DNA from: Planctomycetota bacterium | GTDB taxonomy: Bacteria > Planctomycetota > GCA-002687715 > CAIWVZ01 | Assembly (NCBI GenBank): GCA_044222185.1 | Contig: JBGANV010000001.1 | Location: forward strand, 1,824,001-1,888,000 | Direction: 5' to 3' | DNA: 64,000 bases | Shown: positions 27,292 through 36,877 of the stretch, one piece after another | How the letters are laid out: every line of letters starts with the position of its first letter | Position numbering within the stretch: the stretch's first letter is position 1 | The notes under the pieces: model-generated | What the model was told of the DNA's origin: nothing | The model's database searches: none | What the model saw: only the letters and a program-made list of their open reading frames with translations | Program-made: the position numbers and the translations under genes

Positions 27292-29877
27292 TCAGACGCG
27301 CGTCACGGCATCCGCCGGCAACTCGGGGACCGAAAGCCGCAGCGAACATCGCACCAACGCGGCGTCTGGCGCACCGCCCACGAGCGTGAGGCTCGCACGG
27401 ACCCAGGCCGTTGGAATTGATGTTGCATAGATCGACACGGTCCGTGCGACGTCCGTTCGTTCGACTGCGAGGGTTTGCCAAGTGACCCGATCATCGGACC
27501 CATCGATCGACACGTACAGCAGTGGCGTTCCATCGAGGCGCACGACATCCGCCATCACGGAGACGGCAGCGGGTGCTCGCGCGACCTCCGTGACGTGCAG
27601 CACCAAATCGTCGCGTACTGCGTGGCCGACGAGTTGCAGCATGACGTAGCCCGGAACGACGGCCGCCGGCCGCCCGGGCAGAATCTCGAACACTCGGAGT
27701 GAGCGCGCAGGAAGTTCGACATCGAGCCGGATCGCACCCGTATTCGTCACGTCGTGAACGTGAACGCGCCTCCCGCCCTCGTTCTCGACGAGAACGCCAA
27801 GCTCTGGCATGGGGTATCGGCCCGGCAGCATCCGAACGGCTGCCACGCGCGGTTCCGCTGCGGCATTCGTGAGCAGCACTCCAACGTCCGCACCAGACTG
27901 CCAGACGGACCCCTGCACCATGAGGTCGCCATCCCACCCCGTTCGCTCGAGTGCGTCCTCGAGCATCCCGGGAAGCGGTCGCAACTTCTCCCCGAGGAGC
28001 TGAAACCTCCGCGTGACTGGATTCGACCGCACGAGCGTCCGGATGAAGTCCCAGCTCTCGAAGTGTGGCGTCGACTCGAAGGGCCGCGACAGCAGGTACG
28101 CATCGTCGATAGGGTTGATCGGGGCGAGGAGCCGCCCTCCGTGATAGTGCGTGGCGATCTCCCAGGGCTCCGGCGTGAACGGGATCATCTCCTTGTTCAT
28201 GAGTCGCTCGGCGACCATGCCGTAGTCGTGGTAGACGGTCGAGTACAGAGGTGCTGGGACGAAACTGTCGTAGACCTCGCCCTTCGCCTGGAAGCCGCTC
28301 GCGATCTCGATCAGGTCGATGACGCTCTCGTCGACGAACTCGGACGCGAACGCGAAATCGGGATCCTCGAATCGAACCCCGTTCCACCTCTTGAACTCGG
28401 CCTTGAACATCTCGCCCAGAAGCCGCTTTGATTGCTGCCAATCCGGGCCGCCCGTGCGCGGCAGCTCGGGATTGCCATCGATCTGCGGGGGAAGGCCGAT
28501 CCAGTGGTCGGTGTAGAGCGCCCGGACGCCGCTCTCATCGACGAGCCTCCGCCACGTGGTGATGGCGAGTTCACGGCTCGAGGCGCGCGTCGGGTCGATC
28601 GTGACGATCACTTCGCCGTTGAACGGATTGATATCGAGCACCGGATGGCCGAAGGCGTCCTGCGCGGCTCGGTTTGCTCCGTCAAACGTGCGATACGCCT
28701 TTGACGCCGTCGACCACAGGCTGCGCCAGGTGTAGGGCGTCACCGTGATCCCCTCGTCGGCCAGCCGTTGCACCGCCGCGGGGAACGTCGGCTTCATGGT
28801 GTAGTCGGGAAAACTCGTCGCGAACGACTCATAGTTCCAGGCGCCCCACACCGACGCGATCTTCGCTACCCCCAGGAACTCCTTCACCCGCAGAAGATCC
28901 TCGACGAACGGTTCGAAACTCTCGTTCATTTCGTCGAACGTCCGGCCCCGCAGAGTCGTGAAGTCGGCGTCACGAATGAGGCTGGAGAAGTCGGGCGCCG
29001 TCGCGATCGGGCCGCGCTTTCCCCACGGCTGATTCAACGCCCAGGTTCTGTAGCGCTTCGCTGCGTCATACCAGCTCCCGCGCATGAGCGAGATGCGGAA
29101 GTCGTATGGCATCTCGAAGCTCCAGCCGGACTCCGGATCGCCGCCCGCACGCCCGTTGTTGATCGGGTAGTTCGTGAGGGCAAACAGCGTGTTCGTCTTC
29201 CCCGCGTACCACTCCATCTCCTTCCGTTGTCCGAGGCTGTCGGTCGTACGCAGGTATGCCATGGTTCCGCCCGGCGAGTAGTAGGCGAACCACTGCATGG
29301 CGACTGCGGTCGACGGGTGCGGAAAGTTGTGGCCTCTGGGCGGCTTCCCGAGGGTTTGCGCAGGGTTGCGGATCAGTCCGCCCTGCTGCCATGGCATCGT
29401 CAGAACGTCGGTCGTCACGTCCCCGATCGGGGCGAACCGCAGGCGTGGGAAGGTGACCTGAAGCAGGCTGTACGGATACCCCGTCATCCGCGCATCGACC
29501 TTCGATCTGAAGACGACTTCGTCGTCCTCGATCCAGATCTTGACGCGGACGAGGATGATCGACGGCGTGGGGAGCGGGAGAATCGAAATCGCGAAGGGGG
29601 TCCGGATGCCCCAGGTGATCTCGACTGCGGTACCAGACTGAACGACTGTTTCGGGCAACGTCTCGAGGTCTGCGGAGTCCAGGGCGATGGTCGTACCGAA
29701 GGGCACAGGAATGGAGGTGCCGGGAATCGTCGAGACAAGTGGTGAGATCACCACCTGGACCATGGGCTCGACGTCGAAGCGAATGGCCATGCCGTCCGAC
29801 GTCAGGGAGACGATCTGAAGGCCCGCGCCGAGATCATCGAGGATGACCTCCGTGCCATTCTGTGCCAGCCGGATCAT
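27292..29877 (-). CDS. DUF6259-like putative glycoside-hydrolase-fold protein with C-terminal beta-sandwich domain
   Basis: Motifs P..QGGLI.NP, MQWFAYY, GSWYDAAKRYR.WA..QPW, LYTD, SE...E and PLYSTVYHDY; last ~120 aa carry GSDDRVTW...WVR. Family recognised by eye only. Confidence 0.6.
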   Translation of the reverse strand: MIRLAQNGTEVILDDLGAGLQIVSLTSDGMAIRFDVEPMVQVVISPLVSTIPGTSIPVPFGTTIALDSADLETLPETVVQSGTAVEITWGIRTPFAISILPLPTPSIILVRVKIWIEDDEVVFRSKVDARMTGYPYSLLQVTFPRLRFAPIGDVTTDVLTMPWQQGGLIRNPAQTLGKPPRGHNFPHPSTAVAMQWFAYYSPGGTMAYLRTTDSLGQRKEMEWYAGKTNTLFALTNYPINNGRAGGDPESGWSFEMPYDFRISLMRGSWYDAAKRYRTWALNQPWGKRGPIATAPDFSSLIRDADFTTLRGRTFDEMNESFEPFVEDLLRVKEFLGVAKIASVWGAWNYESFATSFPDYTMKPTFPAAVQRLADEGITVTPYTWRSLWSTASKAYRTFDGANRAAQDAFGHPVLDINPFNGEVIVTIDPTRASSRELAITTWRRLVDESGVRALYTDHWIGLPPQIDGNPELPRTGGPDWQQSKRLLGEMFKAEFKRWNGVRFEDPDFAFASEFVDESVIDLIEIASGFQAKGEVYDSFVPAPLYSTVYHDYGMVAERLMNKEMIPFTPEPWEIATHYHGGRLLAPINPIDDAYLLSRPFESTPHFESWDFIRTLVRSNPVTRRFQLLGEKLRPLPGMLEDALERTGWDGDLMVQGSVWQSGADVGVLLTNAAAEPRVAAVRMLPGRYPMPELGVLVENEGGRRVHVHDVTNTGAIRLDVELPARSLRVFEILPGRPAAVVPGYVMLQLVGHAVRDDLVLHVTEVARAPAAVSVMADVVRLDGTPLLYVSIDGSDDRVTWQTLAVERTDVARTVSIYATSIPTAWVRASLTLVGGAPDAALVRCSLRLSVPELPADAVTRV

Positions 29878-30308
29878 GGCACCGAGGCCGGCGGGCGACG
29901 GCCGAGTAGTCCGAATACCAGAGGTTCACCCCGCACGACCCGCGCACGAGCCGGAGGCAACGCCGTCGCGAACAATCGCACGATGACGTCGGTTCCAAGC
30001 TCCGCCGAAAGCGTCACGACGAAGCGAAACCAAAGAGCTCCGGGTGAGAGCAGGTCCGACACCACGGCGCCGGGATCGGACTCGCGAACTTTCAGAGGTT
30101 CGCCCACATCCACGAAGTTGACGTTGTCCCCGGAGTACTGGGCCTGGAACGCAAGTAGGGCGTCGACGCCAGTCGGGAACGTGTCCTTCACGACGGTGAT
30201 GTGCAGGCCTGATGCCCCATCGCCCATCGCGCTGCCTGTACACATCGACGCTGTGAGCACGTCGTCCGTCGTCTTGAACGCTATGGTGCCTTCGATCGTT
30301 CCGTTCAT
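29874..30308 (-). CDS. Small hypothetical beta-sandwich protein (island paralog)
   Basis: ORF with GAGG RBS; QYSGDNVNFVDV...LWFRF motif; ATGA overlap with the next gene. Confidence 0.7.
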   Translation of the reverse strand: MNGTIEGTIAFKTTDDVLTASMCTGSAMGDGASGLHITVVKDTFPTGVDALLAFQAQYSGDNVNFVDVGEPLKVRESDPGAVVSDLLSPGALWFRFVVTLSAELGTDVIVRLFATALPPARARVVRGEPLVFGLLGRRPPASVP

Positions 30309-30384
30309 GATGACCTCGCGACTGCGGCATGCTCAAGCCGATCACCGCCCTCCGCGGGCCCGAGCACCTCACCCCTCATGCCAG

Positions 30385-30795
30385 CTACCTGATCTGCGAC
30401 ATGAGAATCGACTCGATTCGTGCCGAAAAGCCCGCGGACGGCGCCGTGAGAAGGAACTGCAGGCGTGCCCAGTTCGAGGCCATCGCCGGCTGCGAAAGCG
30501 CCGCGTCTCCGAACCGCGCCTCCGTCACGCCGACGTCCGAGTGCATCACGAACTGCGCACCGAAGTCGGTCCAACGAACCGCGTCGAGCGACGACTGGAT
30601 CTGCCCGAGCACGGTGGCACCGTCCATGATCGAGATGCAATTCGACGTCAGGGTCAGCCCCCGCGCGCGCGCGATACGGAAGGGCAACGACGCCGTCGCT
30701 TCGACCTTGTAAACGAGGACCCGGTTCGTCGCGACGAAAACCGGCAGCTCGAGTTCCTGAACAGGGAGTTTCGGGATGACAAGGATCGGCATCAT
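30385..30795 (-). CDS. Small hypothetical beta-sandwich protein (island paralog)
   Basis: GGAG RBS before MMPIL; QSSLDAVRWTDF...NWARL motif. Confidence 0.7.
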   Translation of the reverse strand: MMPILVIPKLPVQELELPVFVATNRVLVYKVEATASLPFRIARARGLTLTSNCISIMDGATVLGQIQSSLDAVRWTDFGAQFVMHSDVGVTEARFGDAALSQPAMASNWARLQFLLTAPSAGFSARIESILMSQIR

Positions 30796-30832
30796 GAACT
30801 CCGCGTCCCGGGTCGCCGCTTGAATGCATGGA

Positions 30833-32551
30833 TCATCGCAGCCTCGCGATGAGCATCCGAAACCCGGGCACCGTGTCGACGATCGAATACTCAACGCCGG
30901 CCTGACCAAGCTCCTCTGCAAGCAGAGTCGCCTTGCCAAGCCGGTTGCCGTTGTACTCCTGGACATCGCCAACGACGACGATCGCGCCCGGGACGAATGT
31001 CGCCGCGCGATACTGTTCGAGTGTCTGCATCGGATCGTCCGACGAGTCGAGATACAGCATCGCGATCGGACCGGCAGATCGAATGGCGGCGACTCCGTCC
31101 GCGACTGCGGCCACCGGAACCAGGCCGCGCCGTCTCAGGATGCCGTTCGCAAGGTCGACCGCATCGGGATTTTGATCGAATGATGAGAACCGCCGCCCGG
31201 CCGTCGCGCACGCACGTGCGAGATGCAACGTGCTCCAGCCTTCGGTCGGGACCTCTTCAGCTGTCCGGATCGTCCCGATCTCAACGACGGGGCCGTCAGC
31301 CGCCTGGGCAAGCGCGCCGAGCAGCGTCGTCGCCTTGCGGTTTGTTTGTGTTGGAATCACAGCACGTGTCGCGGCTGCGATGCCAGGGCTCGCCTCGGCC
31401 TCGGCGCGGACCCGCGCGGAGAACCCATCGATCACGGGCTTCAGGTAGCGCTCCGTCACTGCGGCGACGTCGTACGCGAGTGCAGGCTCGCGCGCGCGAG
31501 TGATCCCCTCCGTGCTCCGCGGGCACGTGCGCTCGACCTGCCGCAGGCCCTCCACGATGGCGTCCACGCGCGGCGTGAACTGCCACGAGCCGACCTGAGT
31601 CCACGTCCGCTCCGCCTCCGCACGCGGAATCTTGAACCCCTCGAAGCACAGCTCGCCCATGCTCGTCCAGTCGCCCACGACGACTGGGCAGCCGCAAGCT
31701 TGGGCCTCGAGAATGGGGACCCCGAATCCCTCGCCCATGCTCGGGCTCAACAGGATGTCGAAGCTGTTGTAAAGAGCCACCATGTGCTGGTCACTCGCCC
31801 CGACAGTCACCGTGTATTCATCGGCGAGCCGCACGGCGTCGGATATCCCGAGTGCGCGTGCGACGGCCTCGATGTCAACGTGCATCTGATTCCCGGGGCG
31901 TGCCGTCAGGGTATGGAGGTACAAGAGAGCATCGCGCCGGTGCCGTCGACGGAATTCTGCGAATGCCTGAAGGCACTGCGGAAGCGCCTTCCGACTGGGG
32001 AAGGACGAGTTCATCGCAATCATGCCCACGATGAAGCGGTCTTGCGGGAGGGACACAAACTCTCGGGCCTCGACCCGATCGGCCGGGCGGAATGCCACCG
32101 TGTCGACGACATGCGGGACATAGTGGGCGTCCAACCCTGCCCCCTGGACGGCGCGAAGCCCGAATTGCGAGTAGACGACGCGGTCCCAGCACGGAGCGAC
32201 GGCACGGCAGAGAATCGGGGCCATCGGTTCGGTGTCGATCGGGAACCATGGCACGAGCCGAGTCGTTTGCGAAAACCGCTCCGGAGCGAACGCCCAGGCG
32301 TCGTACAGTGTGACCGCAATATCGGCAGCGAACTGAGCGGCGTGCGCATCGAGGATGTCCTGGCCGCCCACGACATTCCCCTGCGGGTAGACCGTCACCC
32401 CGCGCCACCTGACGATCCCGCCTCCAAGCCCGAAGTTCGCATGAACGGCGACCTCGTGTCCGAACGATTGGATGGCAGCGACGAAGTGCCGCGTCTGGAC
32501 GCCGTATCCGCTGCTTGTCCACGGGGGATTTGAGGCCCACAGAACCCTCAT
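30833..32551 (-). CDS. GT4 (GT-B) glycosyltransferase fused to a class I SAM-dependent methyltransferase
   Basis: N-terminal SGYGVQT, RK, and LYNSFD.LL.PSMGEGFGVPILEAQACG motifs; C-terminal VVEIGTIR, WST, FD and MLYLDS motifs. Confidence 0.85.
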   Translation of the reverse strand: MRVLWASNPPWTSSGYGVQTRHFVAAIQSFGHEVAVHANFGLGGGIVRWRGVTVYPQGNVVGGQDILDAHAAQFAADIAVTLYDAWAFAPERFSQTTRLVPWFPIDTEPMAPILCRAVAPCWDRVVYSQFGLRAVQGAGLDAHYVPHVVDTVAFRPADRVEAREFVSLPQDRFIVGMIAMNSSFPSRKALPQCLQAFAEFRRRHRRDALLYLHTLTARPGNQMHVDIEAVARALGISDAVRLADEYTVTVGASDQHMVALYNSFDILLSPSMGEGFGVPILEAQACGCPVVVGDWTSMGELCFEGFKIPRAEAERTWTQVGSWQFTPRVDAIVEGLRQVERTCPRSTEGITRAREPALAYDVAAVTERYLKPVIDGFSARVRAEAEASPGIAAATRAVIPTQTNRKATTLLGALAQAADGPVVEIGTIRTAEEVPTEGWSTLHLARACATAGRRFSSFDQNPDAVDLANGILRRRGLVPVAAVADGVAAIRSAGPIAMLYLDSSDDPMQTLEQYRAATFVPGAIVVVGDVQEYNGNRLGKATLLAEELGQAGVEYSIVDTVPGFRMLIARLR

Positions 32552-32602
32552 CGTTGGCTCATCTGAGGCACACGTCGAGACGCCCTACGGGGATGGACCC
32601 AG

Positions 32603-33097
32603 TTAGATGTCCCCGGGCACCAGGCTCCACCCGCCAACACAGAGCTGGGCCGGCTCGTTGCCGTCAGCCGTAGAGTTCGATTGATAATGGGGCGTCCAGT
32701 CGAGAGAAACCGTCGAGCCGGGCGGCATGATCACCGGCGGATCGAATAGGTACCGAGCACCCTGACCGTTCAAGGGAATCACGACAGACGCGGCAATCGC
32801 TCCGTCTACAGAAACCGTAAGCCGCCCGTAGGGGCTCGTAACCGAAACCTGACTTGGAGGGCTGCCGACTTCGGTAAGCGCGAGCCCGACGCTGGCGGGC
32901 AACTGGCAAGTCTGAGTACCGCCCCCTATCGCCACTGGAAGGACACCGCGGACCGCACGATTCAACGGAAGATCCGCGATGCGGATCGGCGCCGTTCGCG
33001 CAGGGCCGAGGGCCGGACCTGCCGATGCATCTCGTGTGAGTGACGTCGCAAGTAGTGCGGATGCGGTTGACGCGATGATCAAGGCGGTGTATTTCAC
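32603..33097 (-). CDS. Secreted hypothetical beta-rich protein
   Basis: GTG start; signal peptide KYTALIIASTASALLATSL..ASA; C-terminal FDPPVIMPPGSTVSL. Confidence 0.6.
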   Translation of the reverse strand: MKYTALIIASTASALLATSLTRDASAGPALGPARTAPIRIADLPLNRAVRGVLPVAIGGGTQTCQLPASVGLALTEVGSPPSQVSVTSPYGRLTVSVDGAIAASVVIPLNGQGARYLFDPPVIMPPGSTVSLDWTPHYQSNSTADGNEPAQLCVGGWSLVPGDI

Positions 33098-33158
33098 GTT
33101 TTGCTCTCGTCGCAGGTCAGGTGTAGGCTCCGTCACGACCACCGGACAAGGCCGACAG

Positions 33159-33527
33159 TCAATCAATGGCCGTGTTTATGGAAAGCTGAAACACGCCTTG
33201 TTGGCCGGTAGCACCCGGCGAGATCCGGACCTTGGACCATGCCGACGTCAGCGGGAGTCCGCCGCTCGCAGACTTTCCGAATGACACCACGGTCCCAATC
33301 AGGAGCGCCGTTCCTGGGATCAGAGTTCCAACAGGCAGCGAGTTGCCTCTTACGACTGTTCCGACCTGATCATCACTTGCGATCAACGATGCCGTGAATG
33401 TCCCCGATCCGCTCATCCCAAGGATCGTCACAGACATCGCATTCTTGTCCGCCATCGCGATCCACGGCGTCTCGACATACGCGTCCGCCGTACCTAAGCG
33501 CAACAGCGGAAAGTTCGACACTGACAT
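33159..33527 (-). CDS. Small hypothetical beta-sandwich protein (first gene of the island operon)
   Basis: Strong AGGAGG RBS; TPWI, IASDDQV and SAWSKVR motifs. Confidence 0.7.
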   Translation of the reverse strand: MSVSNFPLLRLGTADAYVETPWIAMADKNAMSVTILGMSGSGTFTASLIASDDQVGTVVRGNSLPVGTLIPGTALLIGTVVSFGKSASGGLPLTSAWSKVRISPGATGQQGVFQLSINTAID

Positions 33528-33673
33528 CTCTGCCTCCTGTGGGAGGCTCCGCGCTGCGGAGTCCCCGTGCGTGCTGCGCCTCGCCTGACATTTACCCGTC
33601 GCCCATGCGACGTCGCCGTGAGAGGCCTTGCAGCTTCGGCTGCAACGGTGAGCAGCATAGGGGCGAAAAAAAA

Positions 33674-33689
33674 TGCAAGAGGCGTGCCT
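33674..33689 (-). promoter_or_regulatory. Sigma54 (-24/-12) promoter candidate for the island operon
   Basis: Minus strand AGGCACG-CCTC-TTGCA matches TGGCACG-N4-TTGCW with exact GG/GC spacing, ~150 bp upstream of the ATG at 33527. Confidence 0.6.
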
Positions 33690-33987
33690 GGCAGAAATCC
33701 TGCACAGCCAGCCGTGTTGGGCAACGGGCTGAACGATCGGCGGTGAGAAGGGTGGCGCGAGCACCTCTCCTTGCCAGTGCAACGAAGCAGGATCGCGGCT
33801 GGATGGGCGATGGGAAGTTCAACCTCGCTCCGGAAGCTGGTCAAGTGATGCCATCGCACTGCAGGCGGTCGAGCGCCAAGAAAGGTGTGAGGCGGTGGCG
33901 TTGAGCGATGCAAGTTAGCCGCTTTCGTCGACGCGCGTGACCGCGGTCGGCGACGTGTGGTGTGGGCGCGAGTGGGTAGACGGCGCG

Positions 33988-34176
33988 GGAGCGCCTGGCC
34001 TCCCGAGTCCGACGAGGAGGCCTGGCTGGATGGCGAGACCTCCGGGCTCGCCGGAGCGTGGAGGGGCGTTGAGATTCAGACGGCTGGCGCGCACGCCGTT
34101 CAGCGACATCAGATCCGGTCCGAGTTCCCGGCGGGGCGGAGCCCCCGCCACCCAGCCGCGTGAAACGCGGCGCTCC
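33988..34176. repeat. ~189 bp structured REP/REPIN-like element, copy 3
   Basis: GGAGCGCC...GGCGCTCC, same orientation as copies 1 and 2. Confidence 0.9.
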
Positions 34177-34212
34177 GTCGGCGCGCCACGCCCGAGCACC
34201 CGTGACTCCGAT

Positions 34213-34455
34213 CTATCCAAACAACCGTGCAGCAAGCTCGTCGCGGGACATGCCAAAGTGCGTCGCAATGTCACCAAGAATGGCGCCAAGCGTGCCAACC
34301 CGGAGCGGTCGGTGGTCGGGGACTGTCACGTGATGCTGCCCGCGCATCGTCGTCGTCAGTCGGATGTGGCTCCCCGTCTGGCGTGTGACCTCGTACCCAA
34401 GGGACTTCAGCGAGAGGACGAGGTCTCGGCCGGTCAGGTCGCGCGGCATTCTCAC
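34213..34455 (-). CDS. HicA family toxin (type II TA)
   Basis: LGYEVTRQTGSHIRL, VTVPDH and GTL..IL motifs. Confidence 0.88.
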   Translation of the reverse strand: MRMPRDLTGRDLVLSLKSLGYEVTRQTGSHIRLTTTMRGQHHVTVPDHRPLRVGTLGAILGDIATHFGMSRDELAARLFG

Positions 34456-34664
34456 GCCGTGAACACCTCGTCACGGACGAAGTGGAGGCGGATCATGGCC
34501 GGGCCATCCCCTGACGAGTAGTGGCAGGAAACGGCGTCGCGAACGTTCGAGCGCAGTTCGTCGAGCGACTCCGCCTCGGTGAAGATCGATTCACCAAGCG
34601 CACGAGCAATGAACCCGCCCTCGGAAGCCTCCTCAACGAGGAAAATGATCTCGGTCGACTTCAT
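34452..34664 (-). CDS. HicB-like short antitoxin
   Basis: EIIFLVEEA.EGGFIARALGESIFTEAESLDELR.NVRDAV; overlaps the hicA start. Confidence 0.8.
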   Translation of the reverse strand: MKSTEIIFLVEEASEGGFIARALGESIFTEAESLDELRSNVRDAVSCHYSSGDGPAMIRLHFVRDEVFTA

Positions 34665-34689
34665 GCGCAAGAGCATATCACCGCTTGCC

Positions 34690-34881
34690 GGAGCGCGAAG
34701 CCAGCCGAGTTCGACGAGGAGCCCTGGCTGGATGGCGAGACCTCCGGGCTCGCCCGGGAGCGTGGAGGGATGTTGAGATTCAGACATCCGCGTCGCCCGG
34801 GGTTTCAGAGACGTGAGATCCGATGCGAGTTCGCGGCAGGGCGGGAGCCCCCGCCGTCCGGCCGCGTGAAACGCGGCGCTC

Positions 34882-34882
<1 letters not shown>
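34690..34882. repeat. Structured REP/REPIN-like element, copy 4 (more diverged, ~193 bp)
   Basis: Shares CTGGCTGGATGGCGAGACCTCCGGGCTCGCC, TTGAGATTCAGAC and GCCGCGTGAAACGCGGCGCTCC; overlaps the last base of the asnS stop codon. Confidence 0.85.
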
Positions 34883-36180
<1,298 letters not shown>

Positions 36181-36209
36181 CTCGATTCGCTTTCCGTCTT
36201 CGTCTCGTT

Positions 36210-36800
36210 TCAGGGAAACATCCGCATGCCGAGCTCGGCCTCGGACTCGACGGTGCTTCCGTTCACCACCACGCGGCCGTGCCAGAGGTCGGTGCCGCGA
36301 AAGGCGCGCGCCCGCACGACCTCGCGGCCGTCGGCGCGCACGGCCGTTCCGTCCACCTGGACGCGCGTCAACCCGAGTGATTCGAGGTGACGGCGCGCGA
36401 GATCCACGGCCGAGGGCGCGGCGGGCACCGCCTCGACCTCGGGCTCGACGGCCGACGCGATCGCCGCATCGGCAGCGCGCGCATCCGCCAGCTCTTCGAC
36501 GCGCCGCAACGTCTCGACGCCGCGCTCGTCCGCCGCGCGGACTTCGATGCGCGCCTGCTCGATCGTCGCAGCCACCTCGCCGATCTCTCGCTGGACCTCG
36601 ACGACCGTCGCGTTCAGGCTCGAGAGGGCGTCCCTCACCCGATCGCCGTCGGCCGCCCGAACCTCGTTTCGACGCCGCAACTCGTCGAGCGCGGCGTTGG
36701 CGGCGCCGAGGCTGCGCTCCATCTGCCTCAATTTGAGGAAGAAGAAGACGTACGCGGCCAACGTCATGACGAGGAGGATGGCGAAGAACAGCGGATTCAT
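36210..36800 (-). CDS. Hypothetical membrane-anchored coiled-coil protein
   Basis: N-terminal TM helix (MNPLFFAILLV...) followed by heptad-like helices. Confidence 0.65.
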   Translation of the reverse strand: MNPLFFAILLVMTLAAYVFFFLKLRQMERSLGAANAALDELRRRNEVRAADGDRVRDALSSLNATVVEVQREIGEVAATIEQARIEVRAADERGVETLRRVEELADARAADAAIASAVEPEVEAVPAAPSAVDLARRHLESLGLTRVQVDGTAVRADGREVVRARAFRGTDLWHGRVVVNGSTVESEAELGMRMFP

Positions 36801-36877
36801 GGCGGGATTTCCGAGCGCGCATGGTAGCAGCCGATCGCGGCATCGGGAGCGCCGCGGCCCTGGCCGATCCGCCCGCG

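Noticed and set aside
26545-27481. ORFs spanning the repeats (e.g. 26568-27275, 26799-27002, and likewise 33915-34298, 33957-34163)
   Set aside because: They are translations of the GC-rich repeat in several frames, with no RBS or protein-like composition.
27292-33900. Island as an intact prophage
   Set aside because: No terminase, portal, major capsid, tail, lysis or integrase genes are recognisable.
36846-36866. GGAGCGCCGCG match to the repeat end in a short intergenic gap
   Set aside because: Only 11 nt in very GC-rich DNA, and the matching hairpin arm is absent.
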